Translations under genes and position numbers: made by a program
Shown here: positions 29,676 to 38,414 of the stretch, piece by piece
Layout: each line of letters starts with the position of its first letter
How positions within the stretch are numbered: position 1 is the first letter of the stretch
Origin: an uncultured Pseudomonadota bacterium
Lineage (GTDB): Bacteria > Pseudomonadota > Alphaproteobacteria > Rs-D84
Assembly: GCA_949283535.1 (NCBI GenBank)
Contig: CASDTC010000004.1
Location: 4,579-68,578 of the forward strand
DNA: 64,000 nt
Direction of reading: 5' to 3'
Notes under the pieces: generated by a model
Database searches by the model: none
What the model was told of the DNA's origin: nothing
The model's input: only the letters and a program-made list of their open reading frames with translations

Positions 29676-30512
29676 TTAATCACCAGTTTCATCAGTATCT
29701 TTGCATTTCAAACGAACAATGCCGGCATTATCAATCAATACAGCGCCCTGGGACATACTGTTGCTGATAAAGTGCGCAGCGCGTTCACCATGCCATGATA
29801 TATCCGTTTTTACTTCTTGACCGCATGCATGACCAATGCTGGTTGCATGATAAATAAAGCAATCACGATTATCTGTGCTGGTTAATGGCAAACTGTTATA
29901 CATTACCCATGTTATCCCCAGCCATTTCTTGGATGCACCCCCAGACACCAATGGCAAATCGTTACCAACATAATCCGCAGATACAAATTCGTCCATGGAC
30001 AGTAATTCATTCCATTGGTGTACGCCAACAACAGCAAAACGACGACCATCATCAGGAACATCGTTCTGATTTAAAACTTCGACCGCTGATAAAATTAAAT
30101 CCTTGGTCAGCCCTGTTGAATAATCACCTGTTGCATTTGTTGCGCTATTCATTGCATTCACAATCAATTCATCTGTCTTGCGCCCCAATGCATATGCACC
30201 TGCAGATGCAACAACACGGCGTTCATCAACATTCGTTTTCAATTCATCCAATGCATCAACCCAATCACCGGCATAGTAATCTTGCAATATACATTCAACA
30301 GGTTCATGATTTAAATTCATAACCGGTACAATACCATGACGCGACTTTGTGGCGGCGGTACCGCGTCCAACCTTTTGAAAAGTTGTCGATGCCCCAACAA
30401 CACCGGATTTGCTGCGTACTGTTGCGCGCAATTTTGTACCCATTTGCTGATACGCCAAATGTACATCCGCTTCGAATTGTTTGATAAAAACCTGATCTAC
30501 TGAAACAGACAT
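29676..30512 (-). CDS. major capsid protein (T7 gp10-like)
   Basis: DQVFIKQFEADVHLAYQQ...TVRSKSGVVGASTTFQKVGRGTAAT resembles gp10 ALFLKVFGGEVLTAFAR...MVRSISSGKSAQFPVLGRTQAAY. Lies directly downstream of the scaffold gene. Confidence 0.55.
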   Translation of the reverse strand: MSVSVDQVFIKQFEADVHLAYQQMGTKLRATVRSKSGVVGASTTFQKVGRGTAATKSRHGIVPVMNLNHEPVECILQDYYAGDWVDALDELKTNVDERRVVASAGAYALGRKTDELIVNAMNSATNATGDYSTGLTKDLILSAVEVLNQNDVPDDGRRFAVVGVHQWNELLSMDEFVSADYVGNDLPLVSGGASKKWLGITWVMYNSLPLTSTDNRDCFIYHATSIGHACGQEVKTDISWHGERAAHFISNSMSQGAVLIDNAGIVRLKCKDTDETGD

Positions 30513-30718
30513 TATTTATTTCCCTTGGTTAAAAAAATTAAAACAAGCGCCAATATGCGCCGATAAAATTTTGTATTATGGTTATGCAATTTAATTGCGC
30601 CATTTAACAAAACATGCGGGTCCACACGGGATTGTCCAAATAAAAAATATTCAGTCAGACTGATATAATCCGACTGAATATTTCAAAATAAAAATCCCCG
30701 CAATTGCGGGGAATTATA

Positions 30719-31090
30719 TTATTTTCTTTTTGCACATGTTTTTTTTGCCGCTGGCTTTTTCGCCGCAACTTTTTTAACAGGTGCCTTTTTTACTGCTGCC
30801 TTTGCGACTGGTTTTTTCGCCGCAACTTTTTTTGCAACCGTTTTTTTTGCAACCGTTTTTTTTGCAACTGGCTTTTTCACTGCAACTTTCTTTGCCGCTG
30901 GTTTCTTGGCAACCGCAACTTTTTTAACAGCCGGTTTTTTCGCTGCAACTTTTTTTACAGCAGGCTTTTTTGCAACTGGTTTCTTTGCCACGGCAACTTT
31001 CTTTGCCGCAGGTTTCTTTGCAGCCGGTTTTGCCGCTGGCTTTTTCGCAGCAGGTTTTTTGGCGGCTGGCTTTAAGAATGTGAATGCCAT
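30719..31090 (-). CDS. lysine/alanine-rich histone H1-like DNA-binding protein
   Basis: MAFTFLKP followed by about 20 KPAAKK/KKVAVAKKP repeats. Good RBS ggagagaag. Not a CRISPR array despite the nucleotide periodicity. Confidence 0.7.
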   Translation of the reverse strand: MAFTFLKPAAKKPAAKKPAAKPAAKKPAAKKVAVAKKPVAKKPAVKKVAAKKPAVKKVAVAKKPAAKKVAVKKPVAKKTVAKKTVAKKVAAKKPVAKAAVKKAPVKKVAAKKPAAKKTCAKRK

Positions 31091-31196
31091 TCTTCTCTCC
31101 TTCTTCATTTTTTGGATAGAACAAATTTGTTTTGTTCTTACTTTATATTTTATATGAAACAAAAATATTAGTAAAGAAGAAAGTGCATTTTTTTCA

Positions 31197-31853
31197 TTAC
31201 GAATATAATTTTTTAAATCCATTTTCTATTTTGCGAACATATTCTGGATCATAATCACGCCAATATTTTGGATCACGCATCATGCGACGCAATTCAGAAT
31301 CAGATAAATTTTTTATATCTTCATCATCGGTACGAACACTGGGTTCCATCGATTGCATCATTCGGTATACGCCTTGGATTCCCTGGGGTGTGGCACATAA
31401 TGCATCAAATGCATCACGCGGTAAATATTTTTGTCCGAATGAATTTATTGCGCGTAATGCATCATTCATTTTTTCTGTTGTGCCAAAAAAATTTTTTAAT
31501 TCTGCAATTGCATTTGATTCATTTTGCATATCAAATAATTCTGTTAATACGGGTGATAAAAATTCTTCGGCAATTTGATAAATTTTTTCAACCTGGGTTG
31601 ATGTTAATCCAATTTCAAAAAATTTTTCACGCACTGCGTCATCATCAAATAACTGATTCGTTGGATATTCTGATGCAGATTCTGGAACACCAATTGCACG
31701 ATTAAATTTTGCACGCGATGCACCATCAGCATCATTGCCAGGCACAGATATCATCGTTCCAATTTTCTTTTCTAATTCAATATATGATTTTAACAACGCA
31801 TCTGTGTTTAATGTTCCGTCTTTATTCAGAAATTTTTCTGGAATGTTTTCCAT
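31197..31853 (-). CDS. capsid assembly scaffolding-like protein
   Basis: 219 aa, helical and acidic, positioned like T7 gp9 immediately upstream of the capsid gene. Confidence 0.45.
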   Translation of the reverse strand: MENIPEKFLNKDGTLNTDALLKSYIELEKKIGTMISVPGNDADGASRAKFNRAIGVPESASEYPTNQLFDDDAVREKFFEIGLTSTQVEKIYQIAEEFLSPVLTELFDMQNESNAIAELKNFFGTTEKMNDALRAINSFGQKYLPRDAFDALCATPQGIQGVYRMMQSMEPSVRTDDEDIKNLSDSELRRMMRDPKYWRDYDPEYVRKIENGFKKLYS

Positions 31854-32043
31854 GTTTTTTTCCTTTGGTTTCACTGGATTTGCGCAAGAAATAAATTCCG
31901 CCCAATGTAAATACAGATTGCAACATAGTAAATATATCGGTATCGCCAACCATATATGCACCAATTGCAGACAATATACCAATTCCTGAAATGATATATG
32001 TTCGATGTCCGGATAAAAATCCGCCACTGATAATTTTTCGCAT
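31822..32043 (-). CDS. small membrane protein, possible holin
   Basis: 73 aa with TM segments (IISGIGILSAIGAYMV) and a charged C-terminus. Lies between the hydrolase and scaffold genes. Confidence 0.3.
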   Translation of the reverse strand: MRKIISGGFLSGHRTYIISGIGILSAIGAYMVGDTDIFTMLQSVFTLGGIYFLRKSSETKGKKHGKHSRKISE

Positions 32044-32056
32044 GATTGTTTTCCGA

Positions 32057-32467
32057 TTATAAATAAAACAACAGTCCATCTATATCTGCGATATATCCGC
32101 GCGATGTTGACCATGCCGGCATTTTATCTGCATGATGAAAACGCGTTGCGCCATTGCATGAATCTGGTAACGCGCCATGCAACATTCGTGATACCACACG
32201 CAGACACATCTGAAATTTATTGTCAGATGCATTAACAAACAATAATTTATTGTTTTCAGATTTTGAATCCAGTGAATTAAATAATTCTGAATCCGATATT
32301 ATATCTGAATAATCACGACCAGTGACATGGGCAATATTTGCAATCATTGATGCCATTGCTTCGACCAATCGTAATGTTGATGCATGTGTTTCAGCATATA
32401 CCACCCGTGCAATTTGATATAATATGGCGCGCGATTTATCTGGATTGTTTATCAGTGTTAATTGCAT
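32057..32467 (-). CDS. SleB-like cell wall hydrolase (Hydrolase_2 family)
   Basis: ARVVYAETHASTLRLVEAMASMIANIAH matches the A..VY.EA...E...G..AVA.VI.NR motif. Likely the endolysin of the phage cluster. Confidence 0.6.
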   Translation of the reverse strand: MQLTLINNPDKSRAILYQIARVVYAETHASTLRLVEAMASMIANIAHVTGRDYSDIISDSELFNSLDSKSENNKLLFVNASDNKFQMCLRVVSRMLHGALPDSCNGATRFHHADKMPAWSTSRGYIADIDGLLFYL

Positions 32468-32612
32468 TTGACAATCCCCCCGTTGTTGCAAATAAAAACG
32501 GCACGCAATAAATGCGTGCCATAAAATAAAAAATCCGCCATACGCGGACATAATCTTTCTGATTATGTGTTATATATTATCATAAATTGGATATAAAGTC
32601 AAGATAATATTT

Positions 32613-33293
32613 TCACATACTGATTTCGTCACCATATGCCAATAAATAACGCGTATCATTGCGCAGCACCAGCGCACCATTTTCATTAATTCCGATTAAT
32701 TCCATTTCTTCGCCACGATATTTCACTGTGCGATTTAATCCCGCCGCTAAATCCATCCAACGCGCGCGAACATCGACAAATGGTATGCGGCGCCACCGAT
32801 CCAGATTCTTCATCAAACGGTTTAATAATTCTGATTTTTCAACCGTGGCATAATTATCCAGTTTCGTTGTTTGATATGCGGCAACCGTTGGATTTGATTT
32901 TATATTTATTCCAATTCCGACAATAACAAATTGCCCCGCATATTCAATTAATATGCCACATACTTTTTTACCATCAATTAAAATATCATTTGGCCATTTT
33001 ATTTTTGGATGAATTCCAAACGAAATCAGTGTTTCTGCAACTGCGACCGCAACAACATATGACAATCGTGGGTCGCGTTCATCGGCATTATAAATAAAAC
33101 TGGCATACAAATTACCATGGTGCGACACCCATGTGCGCCGATATCGACCGCGTCCAGCGGATTGCGCCATTGCCATAATAACAGTATGATCACGCGCCGC
33201 GCCAGATGCAACCATTTCCAACGCATATGTCTGGGTACTGGGGATTTTATCAAAAGAAATCAATTTATAATTTGCCAATTGAATATACACCAT
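32613..33293 (-). CDS. birA: biotin--[acetyl-CoA-carboxylase] ligase
   Basis: QSAGRGRYRRTWVSHHGNLYAS signature and KIKWPNDI. No N-terminal HTH domain. Confidence 0.85.
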   Translation of the reverse strand: MVYIQLANYKLISFDKIPSTQTYALEMVASGAARDHTVIMAMAQSAGRGRYRRTWVSHHGNLYASFIYNADERDPRLSYVVAVAVAETLISFGIHPKIKWPNDILIDGKKVCGILIEYAGQFVIVGIGINIKSNPTVAAYQTTKLDNYATVEKSELLNRLMKNLDRWRRIPFVDVRARWMDLAAGLNRTVKYRGEEMELIGINENGALVLRNDTRYLLAYGDEISM

Positions 33294-33741
33294 TTACATT
33301 TTTTATAAAATCATGTCCAAAGGCACGGCGTAATTGATAAATTGCCGTATCAACCGTATGCGTTGTTGCATCTGGTGAATACCCCAATGCCGTGCGCAAT
33401 TGTACTGCCGACATGCCCCCAGATTTGTATAACAATATTATAATTTTTGCCTGAATTGCGGGCATTTGTACATTACGACCAAAAATTTCACGAATTATTC
33501 GTATATCATCATCCAATGCATGCTGAATTACACTGCGCAAATTCATGATTGATATTGGCGTTGTGATATTCAATGCATCGAAATCCAGCCCGGTTGCAAT
33601 TGGTGCATCGGATACATTCGCCCCCAGGTCGGACAATATATGCCGCCATATTGAATCTGATGAAAAAATATTTATACCGTCCAGCATAGTCCCAGAATAA
33701 TAAAAGAACCCGCAATTGTCCAACAAAAAAGACCGCGACAT
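33265..33741 (-). CDS. winged-helix (OmpR/PhoB C-terminal-like) DNA-binding protein without a receiver domain
   Basis: C-terminus MSAVQLRTALGYSPDATTHTVDTAIYQLRRAFG...GVYSIGKL fits the trans_reg_C pattern. Confidence 0.45.
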   Translation of the reverse strand: MSRSFLLDNCGFFYYSGTMLDGINIFSSDSIWRHILSDLGANVSDAPIATGLDFDALNITTPISIMNLRSVIQHALDDDIRIIREIFGRNVQMPAIQAKIIILLYKSGGMSAVQLRTALGYSPDATTHTVDTAIYQLRRAFGHDFIKNVNGVYSIGKL

Positions 33742-33771
33742 ATGTCACGGTCAAAATCGGCAAAAACGCAA

Positions 33772-34017
33772 TTATTCGCGATCTTTGCCACGCGGTTCAA
33801 TGAATTTTGTAAAATCTTGGATACTGGCGCCAGTTGACGACAATATCTTGGAAATACTGTTTGTTGATGGCCAACGCGGTTGCCCTTCCTTGGACCAGCG
33901 CTTGCTTTTATTAAAAGTTGTCGGATCCAAACCGCTGCATTTTGCCAATCCAGAACAGGACATGCCATGTTCCGTGGCAAAGCGTTCAATCGCCCGCCAA
34001 ACATCTTCGTGTGTCAT
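33772..34017 (-). CDS. 81-aa HTH protein, paralog of the gene at 39530-39760
   Basis: MTHEDVWRAIERFATEHGMSCSGLAKCSGLDPTTFNKSKRWSKEGQPRWPSTNSISKIL. RBS aagggagagag. Confidence 0.55.
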   Translation of the reverse strand: MTHEDVWRAIERFATEHGMSCSGLAKCSGLDPTTFNKSKRWSKEGQPRWPSTNSISKILSSTGASIQDFTKFIEPRGKDRE

Positions 34018-34219
34018 ATTTCTCTCTCCCTTGGTTTTAATGCGACAAACCATATACGGTTGGGCATTAATGTCTGATATTGATTTTATTCCAACCCAGC
34101 ACAATGGGCAACAAGGACGATTTCCTAAATTTGGCGTTTTTTGGGGAATAAATATAATACAAAAAATTATTTTGACAAAAATACTTGACAAATTAAATAA
34201 AATGTATTACATTTCGATT

Positions 34220-34417
34220 CGTCAAAGGGGGAAACCCCGGCGACGGGGTGAAAGCCCCATGGGGTTCAGGGATTCAGACTCCCTCCTACATTCTCTCTCC
34301 TCTGGACTCTGGACCCCGACATTTTGGTTTAGAATGCCCAATTTCTTTTTCTCCTTTCCTTCCTTTCGGGGCATTCGGAAACACCGCCGGGAAACCGGCG
34401 GCGTTTTTTTATTTTTT
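34220..34417 (+). ncRNA. candidate small RNA with a CU-rich hairpin loop (promoter-to-terminator unit)
   Basis: TTGACA at about 34185 with TACATT 17 nt downstream. Hairpins GGGGAAACCCC and GGGGUGAAAGCCCC. Long stem GAAUGCCC/GGGCAUUC encloses a 27-nt CU-rich loop. Intrinsic terminator caccgccgggaaaccggcggcg followed by a T-run. Confidence 0.3.
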
Positions 34418-34447
34418 ACTGTTTTCATCAATTATAAAAACGGCGCA

Positions 34448-34482
34448 AAAAAAACCGGTCTGACCCCAGACCGGTTTATGAA
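34448..34482 (-). terminator. rho-independent terminator for the PPIase gene
   Basis: aaaccggtctggggtcagaccggttttttttg on the minus strand. Confidence 0.5.
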
Positions 34483-34498
34483 TAATATTCCGCATAAA

Positions 34499-34831
34499 TT
34501 ATTTTGCTGGAACAATTTCGTTTACAGTAACAGTAAATACGACATCCTGACCCGCCAATTCAGGCACATAGTTTTCAGGGAATGTAATATTAATATCACG
34601 GGTTTCGCCCTGTTCCATGCCAATCAATTGTTCTTCAAACCCGGGGACGAATTGACCACTGCCCAAAACCAATGGGAAATTTGTTGCGGTGCCACCTTCG
34701 AATTGAACGCCATCTTTATATCCAGCAAAGTCAATCACAACTGTATCGCCATTTTGTGCCCCAGCATTACTATCGCACGCTGTTAAAAACATTGCACCAC
34801 AAATCGCAACCGCGGACATGATTTTTTTCAT
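34499..34831 (-). CDS. FKBP-type peptidyl-prolyl cis-trans isomerase lipoprotein
   Basis: Lipobox LTAC. GDTVVIDFAGYKDGVQFEGG...LGSGQFVPGFEEQLIGMEQGE matches the FKBP/trigger-factor PPIase fold. Confidence 0.75.
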   Translation of the reverse strand: MKKIMSAVAICGAMFLTACDSNAGAQNGDTVVIDFAGYKDGVQFEGGTATNFPLVLGSGQFVPGFEEQLIGMEQGETRDINITFPENYVPELAGQDVVFTVTVNEIVPAK

Positions 34832-34864
34832 TTTTACCCCTTTTTGTTTTTCTGTTTATTAATT

Positions 34865-35428
34865 TTAATTGTTATACACGCATCTGAAACCGTATTCACG
34901 CATGGTGGATCCTTCGGCTTCAACCCGATAGTCAAAATATGGCGTTGGTCGCATAACATCAAATGACGGGCGGTCATATACCATTACAATACTGTCGGCA
35001 TTACGACCACATACACGCTTCATTTCATAGTCGGCAACCTTTGCCAAAATTGTGCGCGCATCGCCATCGATATCCATGCCATCTGCATTTTGAATCAGGC
35101 GCAGGCGCATTTCACGCAAATCTGTATTCCCCAGTAATATTTGCACCCGAACCATTGTGCCACGATATTCTTGCCACCGCGTTTCCATACGCGCCGTATT
35201 CCAACGGTTATCGTTTTGTTCTTTTTCTGCCTCTGTCTTTGGCTTGTACGAATCAATGTTTGAATATTGGTTGTCCGCCTGCATAAAATCACTGGTGCGT
35301 TCATTGTACAATGGCGCATCTGCCCCACCCTGGGCAAAATCAGTTGTATTATATGGTGTATCAGAATCTGTTGCACATGCACCCAATGCCAATACAGAAC
35401 AAATTGCAATTAACAATGATTTTTTCAT
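34865..35428 (-). CDS. hypothetical lipoprotein
   Basis: MKKSLLIAICSVLALGACATD lipobox. 187 aa. Confidence 0.5.
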   Translation of the reverse strand: MKKSLLIAICSVLALGACATDSDTPYNTTDFAQGGADAPLYNERTSDFMQADNQYSNIDSYKPKTEAEKEQNDNRWNTARMETRWQEYRGTMVRVQILLGNTDLREMRLRLIQNADGMDIDGDARTILAKVADYEMKRVCGRNADSIVMVYDRPSFDVMRPTPYFDYRVEAEGSTMREYGFRCVYNN

Positions 35429-35469
35429 GTTGAATCTCTCTTTTTTATAATTTTATCAAATAAAGCGTT

Positions 35470-36465
35470 TTGATTCAAGTCGCGATTTGTGATAAAATTA
35501 TTATGATGTCAAATATTGTTCTGGAATCTTTGTTAAAGCCCCTGGAAGAATTCTATAAACCATCGTTTGTAGAAGAAATTGCCATAAATCACGCTGGGGA
35601 AGTATGGATGCGCCTGCATGGCGCACGCGTGCCGTGGGTTGCATATAATGCCGAAGTTTTAACAAAACAATACTTAATCGATTTAATTCATACGGTCGCA
35701 AATATATATGAACGTCCATTTGACCCAATTCACGGCATGCCGGTTGTATACGCAACACTGCCTGGCAATCACAGATTTACAGCAATCGCGGGTCCAAATG
35801 TACAGTATGATGACCGCGATGTCACAGGTGGTGTTGCACTGAATATACGCGGAACATCGGCACCAGACACATCGTTTGAAAACTATCATTTAAAACGCGG
35901 TGCAAAATTGTTAAAGGTCAAACCGCGTGAATCTGTACGACCAGACGACCCATATGACAGATTAATGACCGCAATTAATGATGGCAGCCCAATTTTAATC
36001 AGTGGCGCAACTGCAACAGGAAAAACAACATTTTTAAATCATATGTTGAAATTAATCGATAAAAACAGTCGTGTTATTACTGTCGAAGACGCCCGCGAAA
36101 TCCAGGTCCCCCAACCAAACCATGTTCACTTTATTTTATCACGAACCGAACAAACAAACGATTTTAATTATGCGCGATTATTGGATTTGGTTGTTCGTAT
36201 GACACCTGATGTAATTATCGGCGGCGAAATATCAACGGATAACGCCGCCGTTTTGTGGGAAATGCTGGGGACAGGACATGACCATTTCTATACAACAATT
36301 CATGCCGAAAGCGCAGATGCCGCGTATGCTGCATTCGCAGACAGAATACTGCATACCCAGCCAGCATATGACCGAACAGACCTGATTGAAGAAATGAAAA
36401 AGAAAATACGCGTTGTACAATTATCACGCGATGGCGCCTTGCGCGCGGTAACAGAAGTGGTATAG
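35470..36465 (+). CDS. virB11: VirB11/TrbB-family type IV secretion traffic ATPase
   Basis: Walker A LISGATATGKTT, RVITVEDAREIQ, IIGGEI, His-box GTGHDHFYTTIHAES. 331 aa. The start may be the internal ATG at 35506. Confidence 0.7.
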   Translation: MIQVAICDKIIMMSNIVLESLLKPLEEFYKPSFVEEIAINHAGEVWMRLHGARVPWVAYNAEVLTKQYLIDLIHTVANIYERPFDPIHGMPVVYATLPGNHRFTAIAGPNVQYDDRDVTGGVALNIRGTSAPDTSFENYHLKRGAKLLKVKPRESVRPDDPYDRLMTAINDGSPILISGATATGKTTFLNHMLKLIDKNSRVITVEDAREIQVPQPNHVHFILSRTEQTNDFNYARLLDLVVRMTPDVIIGGEISTDNAAVLWEMLGTGHDHFYTTIHAESADAAYAAFADRILHTQPAYDRTDLIEEMKKKIRVVQLSRDGALRAVTEVV

Positions 36466-36499
36466 TAAATTTATACAAAACAATAAAAAAGGAAACAAC

Positions 36500-36739
36500 A
36501 TGACAAAAAATAAATCGAACAGCCCATGGCTGGAAGACCAACTGGCAGCGGCAAAAACACCCGCGGAACGCGAAGAAATTTTGCGCCAATGGGGCGAAGA
36601 AAAATTAAACCGTGCGGCGGCAAAAGAAGAAGCGCGATTAAACGCGCCATCAATGATAGATAAACTGCGTGCCGGTGTTGCAAAAATAAAAAAGAAAGCC
36701 GTAACAAAAAAAATTCCATCAAAAGGAAAAACCAGGTAA
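36500..36739 (+). CDS. small basic hypothetical protein
   Basis: 79 aa, Lys/Ala-rich, RBS aaaaaggaaaca. Followed directly by a terminator. Confidence 0.4.
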   Translation: MTKNKSNSPWLEDQLAAAKTPAEREEILRQWGEEKLNRAAAKEEARLNAPSMIDKLRAGVAKIKKKAVTKKIPSKGKTR

Positions 36740-36775
36740 AAAAACGGACCCAAATTTGGGTCTGTTTTTTATTCG
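36740..36775 (+). terminator. rho-independent terminator
   Basis: aaaaaaacggacccaaatttgggtctgttttttatt. Confidence 0.6.
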
Positions 36776-37089
36776 CGCATTAATTTTGATTTCATGCGTT
36801 CATATTCTGTTTTCGTGATAACCTTGTCTTTATACAATTTGGATAATTTTTCTAATTTATCCAAATTATCGCCCGCCAAACAATCACCGTGCCACACCAA
36901 CGACAAGATTAATGCGACAAACCATGTTATTCCAAAGAAAATCCCCAAAATCGACAGAACAACAATCGCAACCTTTTCCCCGCCAGTAATGCCGCGTGAA
37001 TTCGCAATCATAATTGGTATTGATATAATTGCCACCCCCAATACGACAACCGCAAACATTATTAAAAATGCCACAATTACTTCCCCCAT
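36769..37089 (-). CDS. membrane protein with C-terminal SHOCT domain
   Basis: Two TM helices followed by LEKLSKLYKDKVITKTEYERMKSKLM. Confidence 0.45.
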   Translation of the reverse strand: MGEVIVAFLIMFAVVVLGVAIISIPIMIANSRGITGGEKVAIVVLSILGIFFGITWFVALILSLVWHGDCLAGDNLDKLEKLSKLYKDKVITKTEYERMKSKLMRE

Positions 37090-37158
37090 ATTTCACCCCA
37101 TTGTTTGATATAAATGTGTATGTATTATAATACATTTTGGGCGATTTTGCAATATAAC

Positions 37159-37845
37159 TTAATTGGTGTAATAACATGGTTGTGTAAATTGAAATATACC
37201 CGTATTATCGCGCAATCTAACATTGGCACGCATGTAACATTGTGTGATGCTGGTTGATCCAGCTGATGATAATCCAGGTATATCTGCTGTATCAGAATGA
37301 TTTCGCATTGATAAACATTTTGTACACCCACTGGTTGTGTTTGTTGGCCGTCCCCAATATCCAGATGCACATCGATATTCTGTAAGCACACCACAATCAC
37401 AATGCGCGGTCATTGGATCTGTTATATATGGCGTTGCACGTCCTTCTATTACATATAAATTATCACCCTGACCTGCTGGTTGCCAATCATAATACATATC
37501 AGGATAATATTGACGACAATCATCAACCGTTATATCACATGGGTTATCAAGGACGCAAATTTTATACTCTAATTCACATCCATCTTCAGGATGTAAAAAG
37601 GCATTTTCTAATACATATCCAGGCGGACAACTTCTGCAAGTATATGTAAACAACCATTCTGTATTTAATGATCCATCATAATGCCATGCTTCCCAATCGT
37701 GCATACCAACACCATCACAATTCAAGTCTTCTAGTTGGTTCATCATCCATTCATCATGTGGATTAAGTTCTGAATAGTCCGTGCCAGCAAACGAACATGT
37801 CGCGGCATACGCATCTGTAACATTTACTGCAACAATTGTTGCCAT
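37159..37845 (-). CDS. cysteine-rich hypothetical protein
   Basis: About 228 aa with roughly 20 Cys (CRSCPPGY, CDCG, GCTKC) and many Tyr/Trp/Asp. Start is uncertain and there is no clear RBS. Confidence 0.4.
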   Translation of the reverse strand: MATIVAVNVTDAYAATCSFAGTDYSELNPHDEWMMNQLEDLNCDGVGMHDWEAWHYDGSLNTEWLFTYTCRSCPPGYVLENAFLHPEDGCELEYKICVLDNPCDITVDDCRQYYPDMYYDWQPAGQGDNLYVIEGRATPYITDPMTAHCDCGVLTEYRCASGYWGRPTNTTSGCTKCLSMRNHSDTADIPGLSSAGSTSITQCYMRANVRLRDNTGIFQFTQPCYYTN

Positions 37846-38414
37846 AATAAATTGACCGTTTGGATTCGGCAAAAATGGAGGTATAAAAATATGCAGATTT
37901 CCGGAATTTTTTCTAAAATAAAAATGCCGAAAATAATCGGTGGTTTATTTTCGGCATATGTTTTTTAATTCTATGCATTAATTTTTGCATATTTTCCGGG
38001 CAATTGTCAATTATCTTTTTTGTTGTTTTCACCACCGTTTAAAATCAATGTCAATAAACAAAAAATGTATTATTTCTGTAATATTTTTGCTTATTTTGCC
38101 GCTTTTTTGATATCATGATTCTGCATATGCACAATGTTGCAGAATTGTTGACTGCAATTCAACGGGGTGGGACAGATATTACAACGGGGTACCAACAAAA
38201 AATAAATAATTATTGCGAATGTTCCAGTGGCGTCGCCCAATGCAATCCGACAACATCGTATCCAAGACAATGTCGGAATATATACATTTGACGGCTCGTG
38301 TTTTAATACGGGCGAATAAATCGTATAGCCGGGTTGTTTTATATATTTTTTTATTTTTATAAAAAAACTGCTTGCATTTATTCCAATAACAGTATAACAT
38401 AAGTTTCGCGCTTA

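Noticed and set aside
30704-31157. Antisense ORFs (123 and 83 aa, Phe/Cys/Arg-rich or Gly/Phe/Ala-rich) opposite the histone-like gene; periodic repeats that could be mistaken for a CRISPR array
   Set aside because: The repeats are 18-nt in-frame coding repeats (KPAAKK) with no spacers of unique sequence and no cas genes. The antisense ORFs are mirror artefacts.
33716-34786. 356-aa plus-strand ORF spanning the intergenic sRNA-like region and the antisense of the PPIase gene
   Set aside because: Translation is low-complexity. It overlaps two well-supported minus-strand genes and two terminators. There is no RBS. It is an artefact of the CU-rich DNA.
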